From positions 1,488,001 through 1,552,000 of the forward strand of contig CM074813.1 of NCBI GenBank assembly GCA_037447605.1: a stretch of DNA of 64,000 bases, in the 5' to 3' direction. A program made the position numbers and the translations under genes. This stretch comes from Zygnema circumcarinatum SAG 698-1b. Its lineage: Eukaryota; Plantae; Zygnematophyceae. The notes under the pieces were generated by a model that ran no database searches, had not been told where the DNA came from, and saw nothing but the letters and a program-made list of their open reading frames with translations. Each line of letters starts with the position of its first letter. The stretch's first letter is position 1. Shown piece by piece: positions 23,938-35,464 of the stretch.

Positions 23938-25625
23938 CAGTAGGACCCCGTCATATTTTCCACCTTCAAAAGTGCGTCCCCAAGAAATTCGCCCCGATTT
24001 TGCCGAAACCACCTTTTTGTACGGTAACTTTGTGTTAGCCGTACTATTAGTACTGTCCGTATTGTCCGTACTAGCGGTAATAGCTGTACTAGCCGTTACG
24101 GGCTTACGCAAAACTCACCTAATCTCCCCGCACGTGCCGCCGTAAGAGGCGCTCGCTCTTCTCCCTCTTCTTCTGAGCTTCGATACGATACGATACGATG
24201 CGGTACGATACGGTACGATACAAAACCCCCGATACGGTACTATTCGTACTAGCCGTACGAGCTGTACTAGCTGTACTAGCCGTTACGGGCTTTGTAGCAC
24301 AAGATAAGTGGGGTTAAAAGGAGATTGCTGAGCTAGTTGCAGGTGCTGTACGGCCACTCGCGCGTCCGTGCTGAAACTGATGAAGGGTTGGGTTGGTGCT
24401 GTGGGTCTGCCTGCAGCATAGAGCCAGGATCCGGGGGATTCAGAGGTACGCGCAGCGGAAGACGTAGGGATCCTGAAGATGTTCCCACCGGCGGCTGGAC
24501 TCGATGCGCAAAGAGCCCTTCCTTGGGGGCTCTCTTCCCCTGTCCTCTCCTCGGCTAGTCTCTTAGCTAGGCTTCTAGTTATCATTGGTCATTGGGAGGA
24601 ATGTAAGGCAGGATAGAACAAGATGGTAGCTTGGCATAGTGACAGCAAAGGGAAAACAGGACTCAACTTAGATAAAGGTTGTATTTTGGAAAGTCACCCC
24701 AGCCAGCGGTTGGCTGGGGATAGTCATTACAATGAAAGGATCTTCTCACTGAAATCTTTGTCTAGCTGGGCTGAATGGGACGTCTAAATGCTATCAGCAA
24801 GAAGACTCTTTCTCTCTCTCTCTCTCTCTCTCTATCTATGGCATGGAACTCTCTCTCTCTCTCACACTTAGCATCTGTTGCTGGAACTGAAGAGGAAGAA
24901 GAGAAGAACAAGACAACAGACCACACAGCAAATACAAATACTAAGCCCAGCACTAAAAGACAAACTAGCATCACTGACATCCCATCTACTTAGCGCTGAC
25001 AATAGATCTTGAGCCTTAGCAGTGACAGTCCCTGATTGGCCAACTGCCCACTGAGTGGCCTGACTGACTGCGTGGAGCCTTCGGATTGGTCAACTGATGA
25101 CAATCGGCGGCATGTTGCGGCGCTTCCGAGTGCGCCTAGTTGGATGGTGTGCTGTTCCGTGGGCCGCCAACACATGGCGCCGCCTTCTCGCATTTTCCGT
25201 CGGCAATTCCTGGATCAGGCCGGTCCGTGACACTGAATAGGAATATGGCAAGTACAACTGAACGGACGCGGATCCGTCGAACGCAGCTCCGTTACGCTAC
25301 AGCTTACGCAAAACTCACCTAATAATCTCCCCGCACGTGCCGCCGTAAGAGGCGCTCGCTCTTCTCCCCTTCTTCTTGGCTTCGATACGATACGGTACGA
25401 TACGGAACTCTCCGATACTGTATTAGCCGCACTAGCCGTACGAGCTGTAGTAGCCGTCACAGTACGATACGGTACGATATGGTACGGTGCGATACGTACG
25501 GTCAAACATGAACTCTAACAGAATACCGCCCGTCTATTGGTAACACCAACCTTATATATGCAAAATCAATATTTTCGCCTCACATTGGCCAAAACCAGGG
25601 TGGAAAATATGAGGTCTGTTTACTG
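23938..25625. mobile_element. Pogo/Tc1-mariner-like MITE C (inverted relative to B), split by a solo LTR
   Basis: CAGTAGGACCCCGTCATATTTTCCACC ... rc CAGTAAACAGACCTCATATTTTCCACCC; shares the TA at 23936-23937 with B; TA at 25626-25627. Confidence 0.8.
24293..25301 (-). mobile_element. Gypsy solo LTR (1009 bp) with 4-bp TSD GCTT
   Basis: TGTAGC/GCTACA inverted termini; GCTT at 24289-24292 and 25302-25305; the empty-site sequence TTACGGGCTTACGCAAAAC is present at 24096-24114. Confidence 0.92.
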
Positions 25626-26297
25626 TACAGTAGTACGAATAGTACGACTAACACAGAGTTACCGTACAAAAAGGTGGTTTCGGCAAAATCGGGGCGAATT
25701 TCTTGGGAGCGCACTGTACAGGGTGGAAAATATGAGGACTGCTGACTGTACAGGGTAGTCGCGTTATAGTGAGCATGTCGGTCCCCATATACAGTCTAAT
25801 CACGTTATAGTGACTGTGTCGGTCCCCACATGTTTGTGTCACTATATCTGTAATGACCCGTTTGTCATTTCACATTTATAGTAACAATGTTATTGACAAT
25901 GTTGTTGTTGTTGTTGTTGTGTGGAGTCAGACCTTGAACTGACCTTGAACTGTTGTTAGGCGGTGTAAATAGTACTCGCCATCATCATTTGTCCCGTCAC
26001 GCAGTTTTTCGCCCTCCGTTGACCGACACGGACTGGGGTCGTCGGAGGGGCCTCCGCTCGCAGACTGGCGACCCATCGACCCATAGTGCGACACGACCCC
26101 ATAGTGCGACTCGTAAGCAGCGTGCGACGCTTATGCGAGTCGCACTACCGTACGAGAATCGCGTCGCACGAAGCTCCCGACATGCGACACAAATTTCGCA
26201 GGCTCGCGTCTGAACTAGGGATGGCGAAAAAGTCCGTACAAGGGACTTTATAGAGTTTCATACAGTATTTCAGACATAGAACGCTCTAATATCTAAT

Positions 26298-26493
26298 AGG
26301 GGGAGTCAGACCATCGCCAAAACAATTTCGTAAGCCTGTCGGGCGAATTCAGCATTGGCTAGGTACGCATTTCGGTACGGCTGTTCTCGGCGGAGCCGCG
26401 GATCCCGACCCGGAATTCGTTCACGAAAGAAGTGACTTTTAGTATAAGGAATTCGGGAACTTCGTAAGCGATGGTCAGGGTCTGACTCCCCCT
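26298..26493. mobile_element. Small MITE (PIF/Harbinger-like or mariner-like)
   Basis: TIR AGGGGGAGTCAGACC / GGTCTGACTCCCCCT; flanks read as a 3-bp TSD AAT, or as TA if the termini are GGGGG. Confidence 0.75.
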
Positions 26494-26957
26494 AATAGGT
26501 TCAGAGTCTTAGATCAATTTCAGAACGGCTGTACTGTACTACCGTTGAAATAGAACTACACGTACGGCATACGATCGACAAAAAGGTGCTGGCCCGCCCG
26601 AGAGCTCTACGCAGGCCTCAGTTAGGAACAAATGCACTAGTCCTCTTGGTATGTACATACAACAAAATTGTCATTTCCATTCTTTAATCTTTGGGGACAA
26701 TGATGGTAACAAGTAGTGATTGAGTAGTGATGTAAGGCGGGCTTGCATGTGAATTTTGGTGTTCGTTTGCTGCTGAAATGGGGCTCGCCCATAAACTGAA
26801 GCAGTATCAAACACTACTGAAGACTTAGAGAAAACAACGCTCAGCACATAAAAGCAGGAGCTTACGTGCTTGACCCATGTACGATTCAAGGTATGCCCAC
26901 GCCTACATTGTCTATGTCCCCTCCCCGCATTCCCGTAAATAGATGCGTCCTAACGGC

Positions 26958-29900
26958 TTACACGTCCCATCGAATAATGGCCCTGTCTGGCAGGCCTGCC
27001 TCTTTCAACAGTTCCGTCACTCCATCGTTTGACTCTTTGCTCCCGAACAAGATCGCCCCAGTTGTTTCAGGGTCGTACTCTAAGTCGTCCTCATCAAAGA
27101 GCTCCGTGAATGAGCCCACAAAGCCCTCCCAGCTCTGTCCAGAAGTGGAGTCCACTGTGGGACGGACCTTCACCTTCCGTGCCTCCCAAGTTGAAAATAA
27201 GCTCTGCAAAAAAAAAAGCCCCAAACATTAGGTATTCTTCTTCACCGGAGCCTCTCCTTAACAGGTGTAGGAAGCAATACACAAAGTCACTAGCCTCGCT
27301 TCACAATCCTTAATCAAACATTTCAGTAGGACGGGTTCCCAGCAGCTCGAAATGCTACTGCGAGTCCTGAAATGATGCCTTCTTGATTGATCCAAAAAGG
27401 TGATTTCATTTGCACCTTACTGCATGTTCATACGCAAGCTGCAACAATCAGTGCATCAAGATAGTCTTTCATTATACTTGTCCGATTGAAGTATTTTCCA
27501 AAATAGGTGTTCAGCCCAACTGGAAATGACGATTTCTCAATTGCCGAGCATTCGAAGAGAAAAAGAAATCTCCATTTTCCTTTCCTCTATTTAGCCTGGT
27601 GCATGGGGAAAAGCAGGGAAGACTGGAACGGATAGAACCGGCTCTTATTACCCCTTCCCCTGGAGATTGGCCACTGAACTCCTCCCATCAGTTTCTTTAT
27701 TCATACCAAATTCAGTAAAATGGCTTACCGTATAGGCGACGTCTGCTGGAGAAGCTGCTGAGTAGTAGAACCGCACTTCCTCCCTCATATTCAAGAATAG
27801 GCTTCCCACGTCATTAGCTTCGATGAGAGCACGAGCAGGTGCTATCCCATCTCCTCGGGCAAAGATGAGGACTATTGGATAGCGAGCCAGAAACATTATA
27901 GGCCTCAAATCGACCCCCGCCTGGAATGGTCCTATTTCTATCACCTCACCTGCAAAACAATAAAAGAAGAAACGAAGAAGTTCAGGATAAAAAGAAAATC
28001 CCTGGTCACACAGTCGAGCAAACGACGACACAACGACTCAAGTAGATGAGGCACTGCTTGTCTCATTTGACGACTGTATATCTGCGAACCAAGAAGGAAG
28101 AACACAATATGTTTTTGTTTCGTAGTTCATTAACACAAACCTCAGCCATAAGTTCAGATATGGAAAATGGGAAAATTATCCATGAACTTCCTAAGACCTT
28201 TCATAATACCCTCATAAAGTAGAATCACCGTGTCAAGCCTACACAGGATATAATAGAGAGAACGTTGAACTTGAAATGATGCCAGACAAGAGTGACACCA
28301 CCAGCCCTTAAGGTCCATCATAACTTTGCATGGAAATATCCAAAAACATGCACGCACTCCTCATCCCAAGTTCATGAATTGAACTGCATAAAGAGAAAAG
28401 TTCCTGCTATGTTGTTCTTACCGACGTCACACGAAAAACGTCCGGCATCACTAAAGACTGACTAAAAACTGAGTGATTTTATTGCCGAAATTGCAGAAAA
28501 GCTAGACATTCACCAAACTTAGAAACCTCTAAAAAGGAAGAGTGATCACTATGCCTATCCTTTTCGACTTGTTTACTGCCAGAAGGATGTATAATCACGA
28601 GAAAATCACGAGGCAGCAAGAAAAATGACCGTACCTGGCTGTACATTAAACAGGCCAGAAGTTCCACTGACGTGAAGATCCAAAGGGGCTTTGACAGAGA
28701 CACCATATTGTGCCAGTTTAGTCGATCCCGCTGGAATATCTCCTCGTAATTTGAGCAGGACAGCATGGTTCGATTCTGAAGGAAAGGGTGGACTTGAGAC
28801 AGGAACCACCACAACGTCACCGCCTGACAGCCTGACTTCAACCTTCTGACCGGGAGTTGTATATGCCTTTGAGAGCTCCACAAACTGCAGCAGACATTCC
28901 GAAACCGCCATACATTGGAACTTAGATGTCGTTGAAGTTTGAAAACAAACATCCACAATGCCAAATGCCATATGCCCAGCACCTCACTGTTGGAAGTTAA
29001 GCAGGAAATCGACAAACAGTACGATTCCTTGGAAAATAGAGACACAAGCAACATGAGACAAAAGGGCCTCGACATCAACTAACTACATCCGTTTTTCAGC
29101 TGTTCACAAAATCTCCAGATTGAAGACGACTTGCTCTACGCACTTAGTTTGAGGTGACAGACAAGATGAAAATGTCCATAATGCTGCTAAACTCCAAAAT
29201 ATGACACCAAACCAATGTCCTTTCAATCACCCACGTCAGAACCACAATTCCATGCTAATTGGAGCTTCATTCTTGACCTGCACATTAAAAATATCTTCCA
29301 CTTGTCTAAACAACTCCGAAACTGCTGAAAGACTTGGCGTATTAAATCTCTTCACTATTTAGAAACAAACTGAAATCAATCACGCAGCACGAACCCAATC
29401 CGAAGGGAAACCCCAGGGGGAGAATAATGAGAAAAGACAAAGCGACACTCAGATGACCATACGAATACATAAGAAAATACTATGAAACCACTGGTGCATG
29501 AAGCTTCCATGACAACAAGTGGTGCTCCTCCGAATGCGAAGGAGACTTTCAAATCGAAGGAAACTTCACAAGGTTCTAACCCGAGAATGCGAAGAGCATG
29601 CAAACAGACTGCATGGAAAATAGAGAGACAAGGTAGAAGGTGAAAGGGGATAAAGAAACAAACCTCGCGAGAAATCTCGGCATCGACAGTGATGCATCGA
29701 ACCCCTTGAGCGACATCCCTTACTGCTAAGACCTCAGCAGCACTATATTCTCGCTTTGGCGCAGATTCCACCTCCTCTAATCTAAAGGCCTTAGTTGACG
29801 CACTGTCTTCAGCTGCCTGCTTCCTATCTTCTGTAGAGACGGAAGGTGTGGCTGTGCTAACGGCACAGAGAACGCCTGCATTCCTCCTTGAGACTCGGAT

Positions 29901-30059
29901 GCAAGTCTTCGTACTCGTCGCTTCAAATGATTGTGATTGACCGGTCCAAGGTGTCGACAGAGAAGGAGAAGCGAAGAGCTTCTTGCATGTAACTTCCGTA
30001 CTTGTTTTTGCAGAACTTATTGCCAAATTTGCTACAGCCTGGAAAGAAGTCGTAGCCAT
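26958..30059 (-). CDS. Plastid-targeted FNR-like FAD/NAD(P)-binding oxidoreductase (pKIWI502/At1g15140-like), 4 exons
   Basis: Ser/Thr/Ala-rich transit peptide. Exons 30059-29664, ~28883-28635 (YTTPGQKVEVR), ~27950-27730 (VLIFARGDGIAPARALIE, VRFYYSA) and ~27210-26958 (WEGFVGSF, YDPETTGAILFG). Confidence 0.75.
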
Positions 30060-30330
30060 GTCTAGCCGAATAAAGCAGCAATATGGTGCAGCAACGAATC
30101 AATGCTGAACGAGCGACCAGTCCCTGTAAGGACAGAGCCCCCTGCAGCAGACAAGCCAACGCCTTTCCCTTCACTTGAATACCTAAACTCAGTCAATACT
30201 CCAACCCTTGCTCTTAGCCTCATGCACCTTTTGCACCTCCTGCAGGGCGAGACTGAGAGGTTAGGGGGAGGCGACAGAGGGGAGAGAGGGGAGAGAGAGA
30301 GGGAGGGGACTAGCGGAGAGTTTCAATGCT

Positions 30331-30340
30331 GCCACGTGGC
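30331..30340. promoter_or_regulatory. Palindromic G-box GCCACGTGGC in the divergent promoter; a second copy lies at 62026-62035
   Basis: Exact decamer beside GA-rich tracts in two of the three divergent promoters; function untested. Confidence 0.4.
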
Positions 30341-31435
30341 AGTCCCCACGGCGGGAGCGCAGCCGCCATTGGACATTGAAGATTTCGGTGGCTGGAAGAG
30401 GGCGGCCGTCCGATGCGATTCGACGCACGTCCGTGGCCGTCGATTCCAGATAGGGGAGATACCGATTCCGGGACGCAGTCGCACAACAAGTGGGGTTGTT
30501 TGCGACCGCACGCGCGGTTCTATGCGATAATTTCTCGAATTGTCCCGGTTTGTCGCACAGAATCGGCATGTGAATCCATGACATCTGTCGCATCTGCGGC
30601 TAATCCGGGCCGCGCTGGCCCCCAGGAGGCGGGAGGGGCCGGGCCGGGCGGGCGCTCGGGATTGGTCGCACGCCGCGGGGAATATTCCCTCGCGGACGTG
30701 GCAGCATTGCGGATGGCGCCAGACGGATTCGGTGAATTTTTACACATGGAACGGGGCTGAAAAAAAACTGGATAGGAGGAAGGCATGACCTTTGGTCAAA
30801 GTCTTTGGTTCGTTCGAATTGAGAAGTCTGTAGTTGCCATCGCAGAAATGAAGCTGTCATGTTCAAGAAGGGATAGTTCAAGGGCCAATAACTATACAAT
30901 GTGCAAGGATGGCAAGAAGGTCCAATACATTGTACTGCTTGCTTGACCCTTGCTGTCGCCCCCTCTCTTTTCCGCGATTAACACGAAAACGATGGGAACA
31001 AGGGGAGAAAGATTCCCAGCTTCATGAGTGTGCCAAAGATGCAGCACGTGGATGAAATTCAATCGCAAGTTCAACAAGAAAAGACCACACGGATGAATTG
31101 CATGTGGGCAAGGTCCCAACGATTGGAGCGAGAAAATCGAACGGGTTCTATGCGTGTCAGTTAAAGCCAGTTTCAGCAGTTTTACGGAGAGCAGCATAGA
31201 GCCGGCGCCCTGCCGGAGCTGCAAGACGGCAGCGGCGGCTGTCTAGTAGCCCTCTTTCGCTGCTGCGAGCAAGCTGCTGCAGCTTCCTTCCTGCCTTTGT
31301 TCCTATTTTAATTCCTTCCGGAATAAAACGACCCGTCCCTTACTGTTTGCCTTTCATTTGTTGTTTTTTGCTGGAACATTCGAGCATGTTCCTTTGTTGA
31401 ACAGCTGTTTCTGGCTGCAGTTTGAACTTGTAGGC

Positions 31436-34400
31436 ATGGCTGAGCACTGCTCTCCGTCGCGCCTTCGTCGTCAGGATTTGCAGCTTGATAACCGACTTAT
31501 TCATTTTTGTGAACCTTTGAAGAGATTGTCTTCCCACGTTTCCCTTGTACTTCCCTGGAATAAACGATCAGAGTCATGGAACTCAAAAGAGACTAAAACT
31601 CTTGAGATAGATCATCTTTCGTGTACAAGGAATCTGCATAAGCCAGTTCATTCAAGTCAGAAAGCTATTACCTTGCGGCTGAAGGGACAGCATGTTCTGA
31701 AAACGCTAGAAAATGCGGGCAATGCACTCAGAAACTTGGTCGTAGCTTCTGTGGAAGTCCATGCAGTAAAAGTGCAACAGATGCTGCATCCTCTTTTTTC
31801 CTCATCACTCGCACTTGGAAACTTTGTGAACACCTTCCATCATCAGTGTGCACTTCAGGCATCTATTGAGGCGTCGAATATCCTCAGCAGACTTGAGAGT
31901 ATAAGACTTTTTTCAGCTAACTTTCGACAGAAAATGCCGCTACTTGCGTCTATACCGCCAGCTTTGCCGTCGTTGGCAGTATCTGCATCTGCAGATAGCA
32001 TTCCAGAAGCAAAGCACTGTTTTGATTTGGCTCTGTCAGTTGAGCAAGTCTCTAAGGCAGTTAATGGAATCCCTGTCTACACCGTGAGCAATTCATCGAA
32101 CGAGTTTGTGCTAGTCTCAGACCTGGAGGGAAATAAGTCCTTGGGCATATTCTGCTTTCGACAGGAGGATGCCGAAGCACTGCTCACTCAGGTTATCTCA
32201 GCTCCCTAAGGCCTTCTTTTGGAGTCGTACTAGGCATTGTCAAGGTTTCTGTACATGGCCGAGCTCGTCCTAGTATCTGTAACCCCCCCCCACATTGTGC
32301 TTAAGCCTTACGTTTTTCCATTGGAACAACAATCACGTGCTTTGGACTTAAGTTTTGTTTTCAGCCAGAGCTTCGAATTCGGATTAGACGACAATGCGGT
32401 TGTCGTACTGCTGTTCCAATGGTTGGCTGTATTTGTATGTGCACTTGGCCACGATTTGAGAACAGCAGCTGCTTTTGGATGCAACTGCACGCTCGGATCA
32501 TTTGACGCAATTACTTATCTGCATGATTTTTTCAGCTAAATTAGTTCAAGTCGTTCAGGACTGAAGCTGCTGCCGCGTCTGAAAAACTGTTCTTTTGATA
32601 TGCCAGGTGAAGGACAGGGATCCCAGTCTCGGAAGAGGGGCCCGAGTAGTGGAGGTTATGCTGGACAAGGTTTGGCAAATATACTCCCACGAGCTTGTTT
32701 GGTCGCTTCCATGGTTCTGGCCTTTGCGTTTTCCTTGTCAAGCAATAAGTTTATGAATAATACTCACATTGATCAGTGACCTGCTTAATTGTTTACCCTG
32801 TAACTCGCAGGTGTACCGTCTGAATGCAGAGGGCATCGCTTTCAGATTCTTGCCCGATCCACTTCAAGTCAAGCATGCGATTGAGGTAAGCTTTGCTAGC
32901 TGCTGGTTTTTGCCTGGGCTCAAACCCTCGAATCTTGCTTGACTCGTTACCGTATATCAGCAACACATATCTGTACAGGTCATCATGCCAAGTGACTGCT
33001 GGTTTTAGCCAGGTTTAGTGACAAAACTCTCCTGCTAACACCTTGATTTGTTTGGCCAGGAAAGGAGTAAGCGCGGCGATACGAGCAAGGGGTTCTCAGG
33101 TGTTCCAGTATTCCAGGTTGGCTTCATTTTGCCCTTTAAGTTGTCAGCGATGCCGCTTTTCATTCTTTGTACACGATGATGCAGTTACTCGCATCGTTTG
33201 ATCCCGTATCACACACTTACGTCTCATACAGTCATGCAGGATGGGAGTGAGAATGTACTCGCATTTCTTTAGTGTTGCGAAATAAGGCTTCTTGTGTCGA
33301 ACAACTGGCAGTTTATCTGATGACCATGCATGAGGTGTGGTTGTAGTCGGACAACCTGATCTTGAAGATAAAGAACCGCCGATGCTGTCCCGTTTTCTTT
33401 TGCAAGGTGAGATTCTGTCTTTTTTAGCAAAGTCGTCTCATCCTTGTTGGCTTCTGATTGGAGCCAAAAGTAGAACATCTTGACAATTTTCACAGTAGCT
33501 TGTATGATCAATTACAACGAGCATTGTCAAAGTGTCTGTGTTTTGCTTCTGATTATTGTGGTTCCAATAACAAGCTTGTCCAGATTTTGCCAGTGTAGTT
33601 CGAGTACAGGTCGGGAAAGTGAGGAGGAGCTTAAGTCCAGTACTGTGGATTCTATTCTTTGAAGGCTGTGTGGTTTGTCTATTCGTTTCCATAGTTCATG
33701 CATGAAGGCACTGTATTTCCTATCCATTTGCTGTGGCGGAATTCATTATATTTAGGTCACGTCCCAGTTCACTGCTGGTATAGTGTATTTGAAACAAGAC
33801 GACTGTTACTGTTCTGATGTCTTTCCTTGAACTCTGGTCAGATTTATGTCACGGATTCTGCAGATTCTTTAATGTCTGTTTGTGAACAAAGGTCAGGAAG
33901 CCAGGGAGAAGATTTATTGCAAGTAGCTAAAGGGGAAATGTTGAGAACATCTAGTGGCCTTCAAGAAATGGCTCAGGTTCATGCGAACATTCGTATGCTC
34001 CTTTTGGAAGGCAGCTCGATCCAACTTGTTCCTTATCCAAGTTAATCTTCTTGATTCAGGAAGATTTGCAAAACGCTCTTGCGAAAGCCATTTCACAGCA
34101 AAAACGGAACAACCCGTCCTTGCGGGTCAACACCGAAGTGCAGGTATTTTGAGCCAGCGAGCAAAAGATTCACTTTCATTTGAGTCGTATAATCAGAAAA
34201 AACGCAGAATCTTTTTCGTGAAAATGATATGGACTTAAGGTCCTCGTTCCACGCTTTCTTGGAAATGCGTGGATCAACAGTTTGATGGAGGTTTTAAGTC
34301 AGAAACATACGGTTTTGTTACCGTCTTGTATACTTTCGCTGGCCTATCGTTTTCCTTTCGTGCATTTACCTTTTTGTTATAGTTGTTTCTGCCCACTTCA

Positions 34401-34980
34401 TGCATTTGCTTCTGCGTGTATGCTGTCGCATGTCTCGCGGCTCATATAGCAAAAATGACTTTGAACTGACTGCTTTGTACTTCGTTTTACTGTGCAGGTT
34501 GGCAGCTTTGAGGATGTGCTGAAGCGGATGGAGGTAAGCTTCCCTTAAACCAGTCCGCATAACTTGCCAAGAGAAGTCTGGCAAAGCAGCGAGAAAAAAG
34601 TAGACTGAGCGAGAAACCGAGACCCGTAAAACAACATTGAGGAAGAAAACATTGAAGAGGACCTAACTTTTGTTCTAACTATTTTCTATCATTTCATCAT
34701 TTTCGTTAGAGTTCTTGCAATGATCTTGAAGGCAGGCTCTGCTTCCTTTCATTCTCCACTGGTCCCCATTGAGTTGCTACATAATGACGTGTATTGTGCT
34801 CCTCGGGTGGGCTTTCAGAGCAGTGAAGAGGACTCAGGGTGGGCGGACATTGTCTTCATTCCCCCTGGAATGGATGCCAGACATCACCTGGACAAGGCTG
34901 TAGCAGCCAACGCAGGTGGAACAGTCATTGCGGACATTAGCACCATCGGAGCGGTCTCGCACAGAACCGCTCTATGCTAG
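31436..34980 (+). CDS. TIC22: Chloroplast import component Tic22-like, ~8 coding exons
   Basis: GIPVYTVSNSSNEFVLVSD, SLGIFCFRQEDAEALL, VYRLNAEGIAFRFLPDP, FSGVPVFQ, CPVFFCKEDL, VGSFEDVLKRME, GWADIVFIPPG; canonical GT-AG junctions in frame. Confidence 0.92.
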
Positions 34981-35430
34981 AAAGCATCATTTTTTTTTGT
35001 TGTGCTGTCGGCGTTTTGGCCGTCGGAGGTTCCCACGTTTTCGGGTAACAGAAAATAGGAGTTCAGTTTCCTCGAATGTTTTGGCACAAACTTTTTTGAT
35101 AAGCTGGATAGGACGTGGGTGCGGACAGAATAAGCAGAGCAAGAAGTTGAGACTCGGTTCGCCAGGTAGTGAATGTCAACGGATTTTTGGACAATTTTGC
35201 TAAATAGGACGACGGAAAGGTCTAATGACTTCGTCAGGGCAGGGACTGGACACGGTTCCATCCAAGCATTTTTTTGTCAGCCGTTTGGACAGATTTTCCA
35301 GATTGAAAAAGTCCAGAAAGTATGTAGTGCAGTCTTCTCTGGAATGAAAAGAAAGCAGAAAGTAATCTTTTGTGTCAACTCGCTTCCTCACCCCCCCTCT
35401 TCCTCCCTCCCTCTTCCCCCNNNNNNNNNN

Positions 35431-35464
<34 letters not shown>

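Larger units (their letters stand above)
23031..25748. mobile_element. Pogo/Tc1-mariner-like MITE A (23031-23376 plus 25628-25748), host of MITEs B and C
   Basis: TA|CAGTAGACCCCCCTAATATTTTCG left end; CATATTTTCCACCC-type right end followed by TA (25749-25750). Internal sequence resumes after C exactly where it stopped before B. Confidence 0.7.
5956..35430. other. Seven 10-N scaffold gaps (5956, 6848, 7570, 15043, 15730, 20394, 35421)
   Basis: Runs of exactly 10 N; true gap sizes and segment order across them are unknown. Confidence 0.97.

Noticed and set aside
17451-24993. Duplicated small ORFs (MGRLNAISKK..., MSVMLVCLLV...)
   Set aside because: Frames through (CT)n-containing gypsy LTR copies; no coding evidence.
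23031-25750. Repeat array as a CRISPR locus
   Set aside because: No constant repeat with unique spacers and no cas genes; the structure resolves into TIR elements with TA flanks in a eukaryotic context.
30330-30760. GC-rich ORFs or structured RNA between the oxidoreductase and Tic22
   Set aside because: Only short imperfect hairpins; no tRNA or snoRNA boxes or terminal repeats that I could support.
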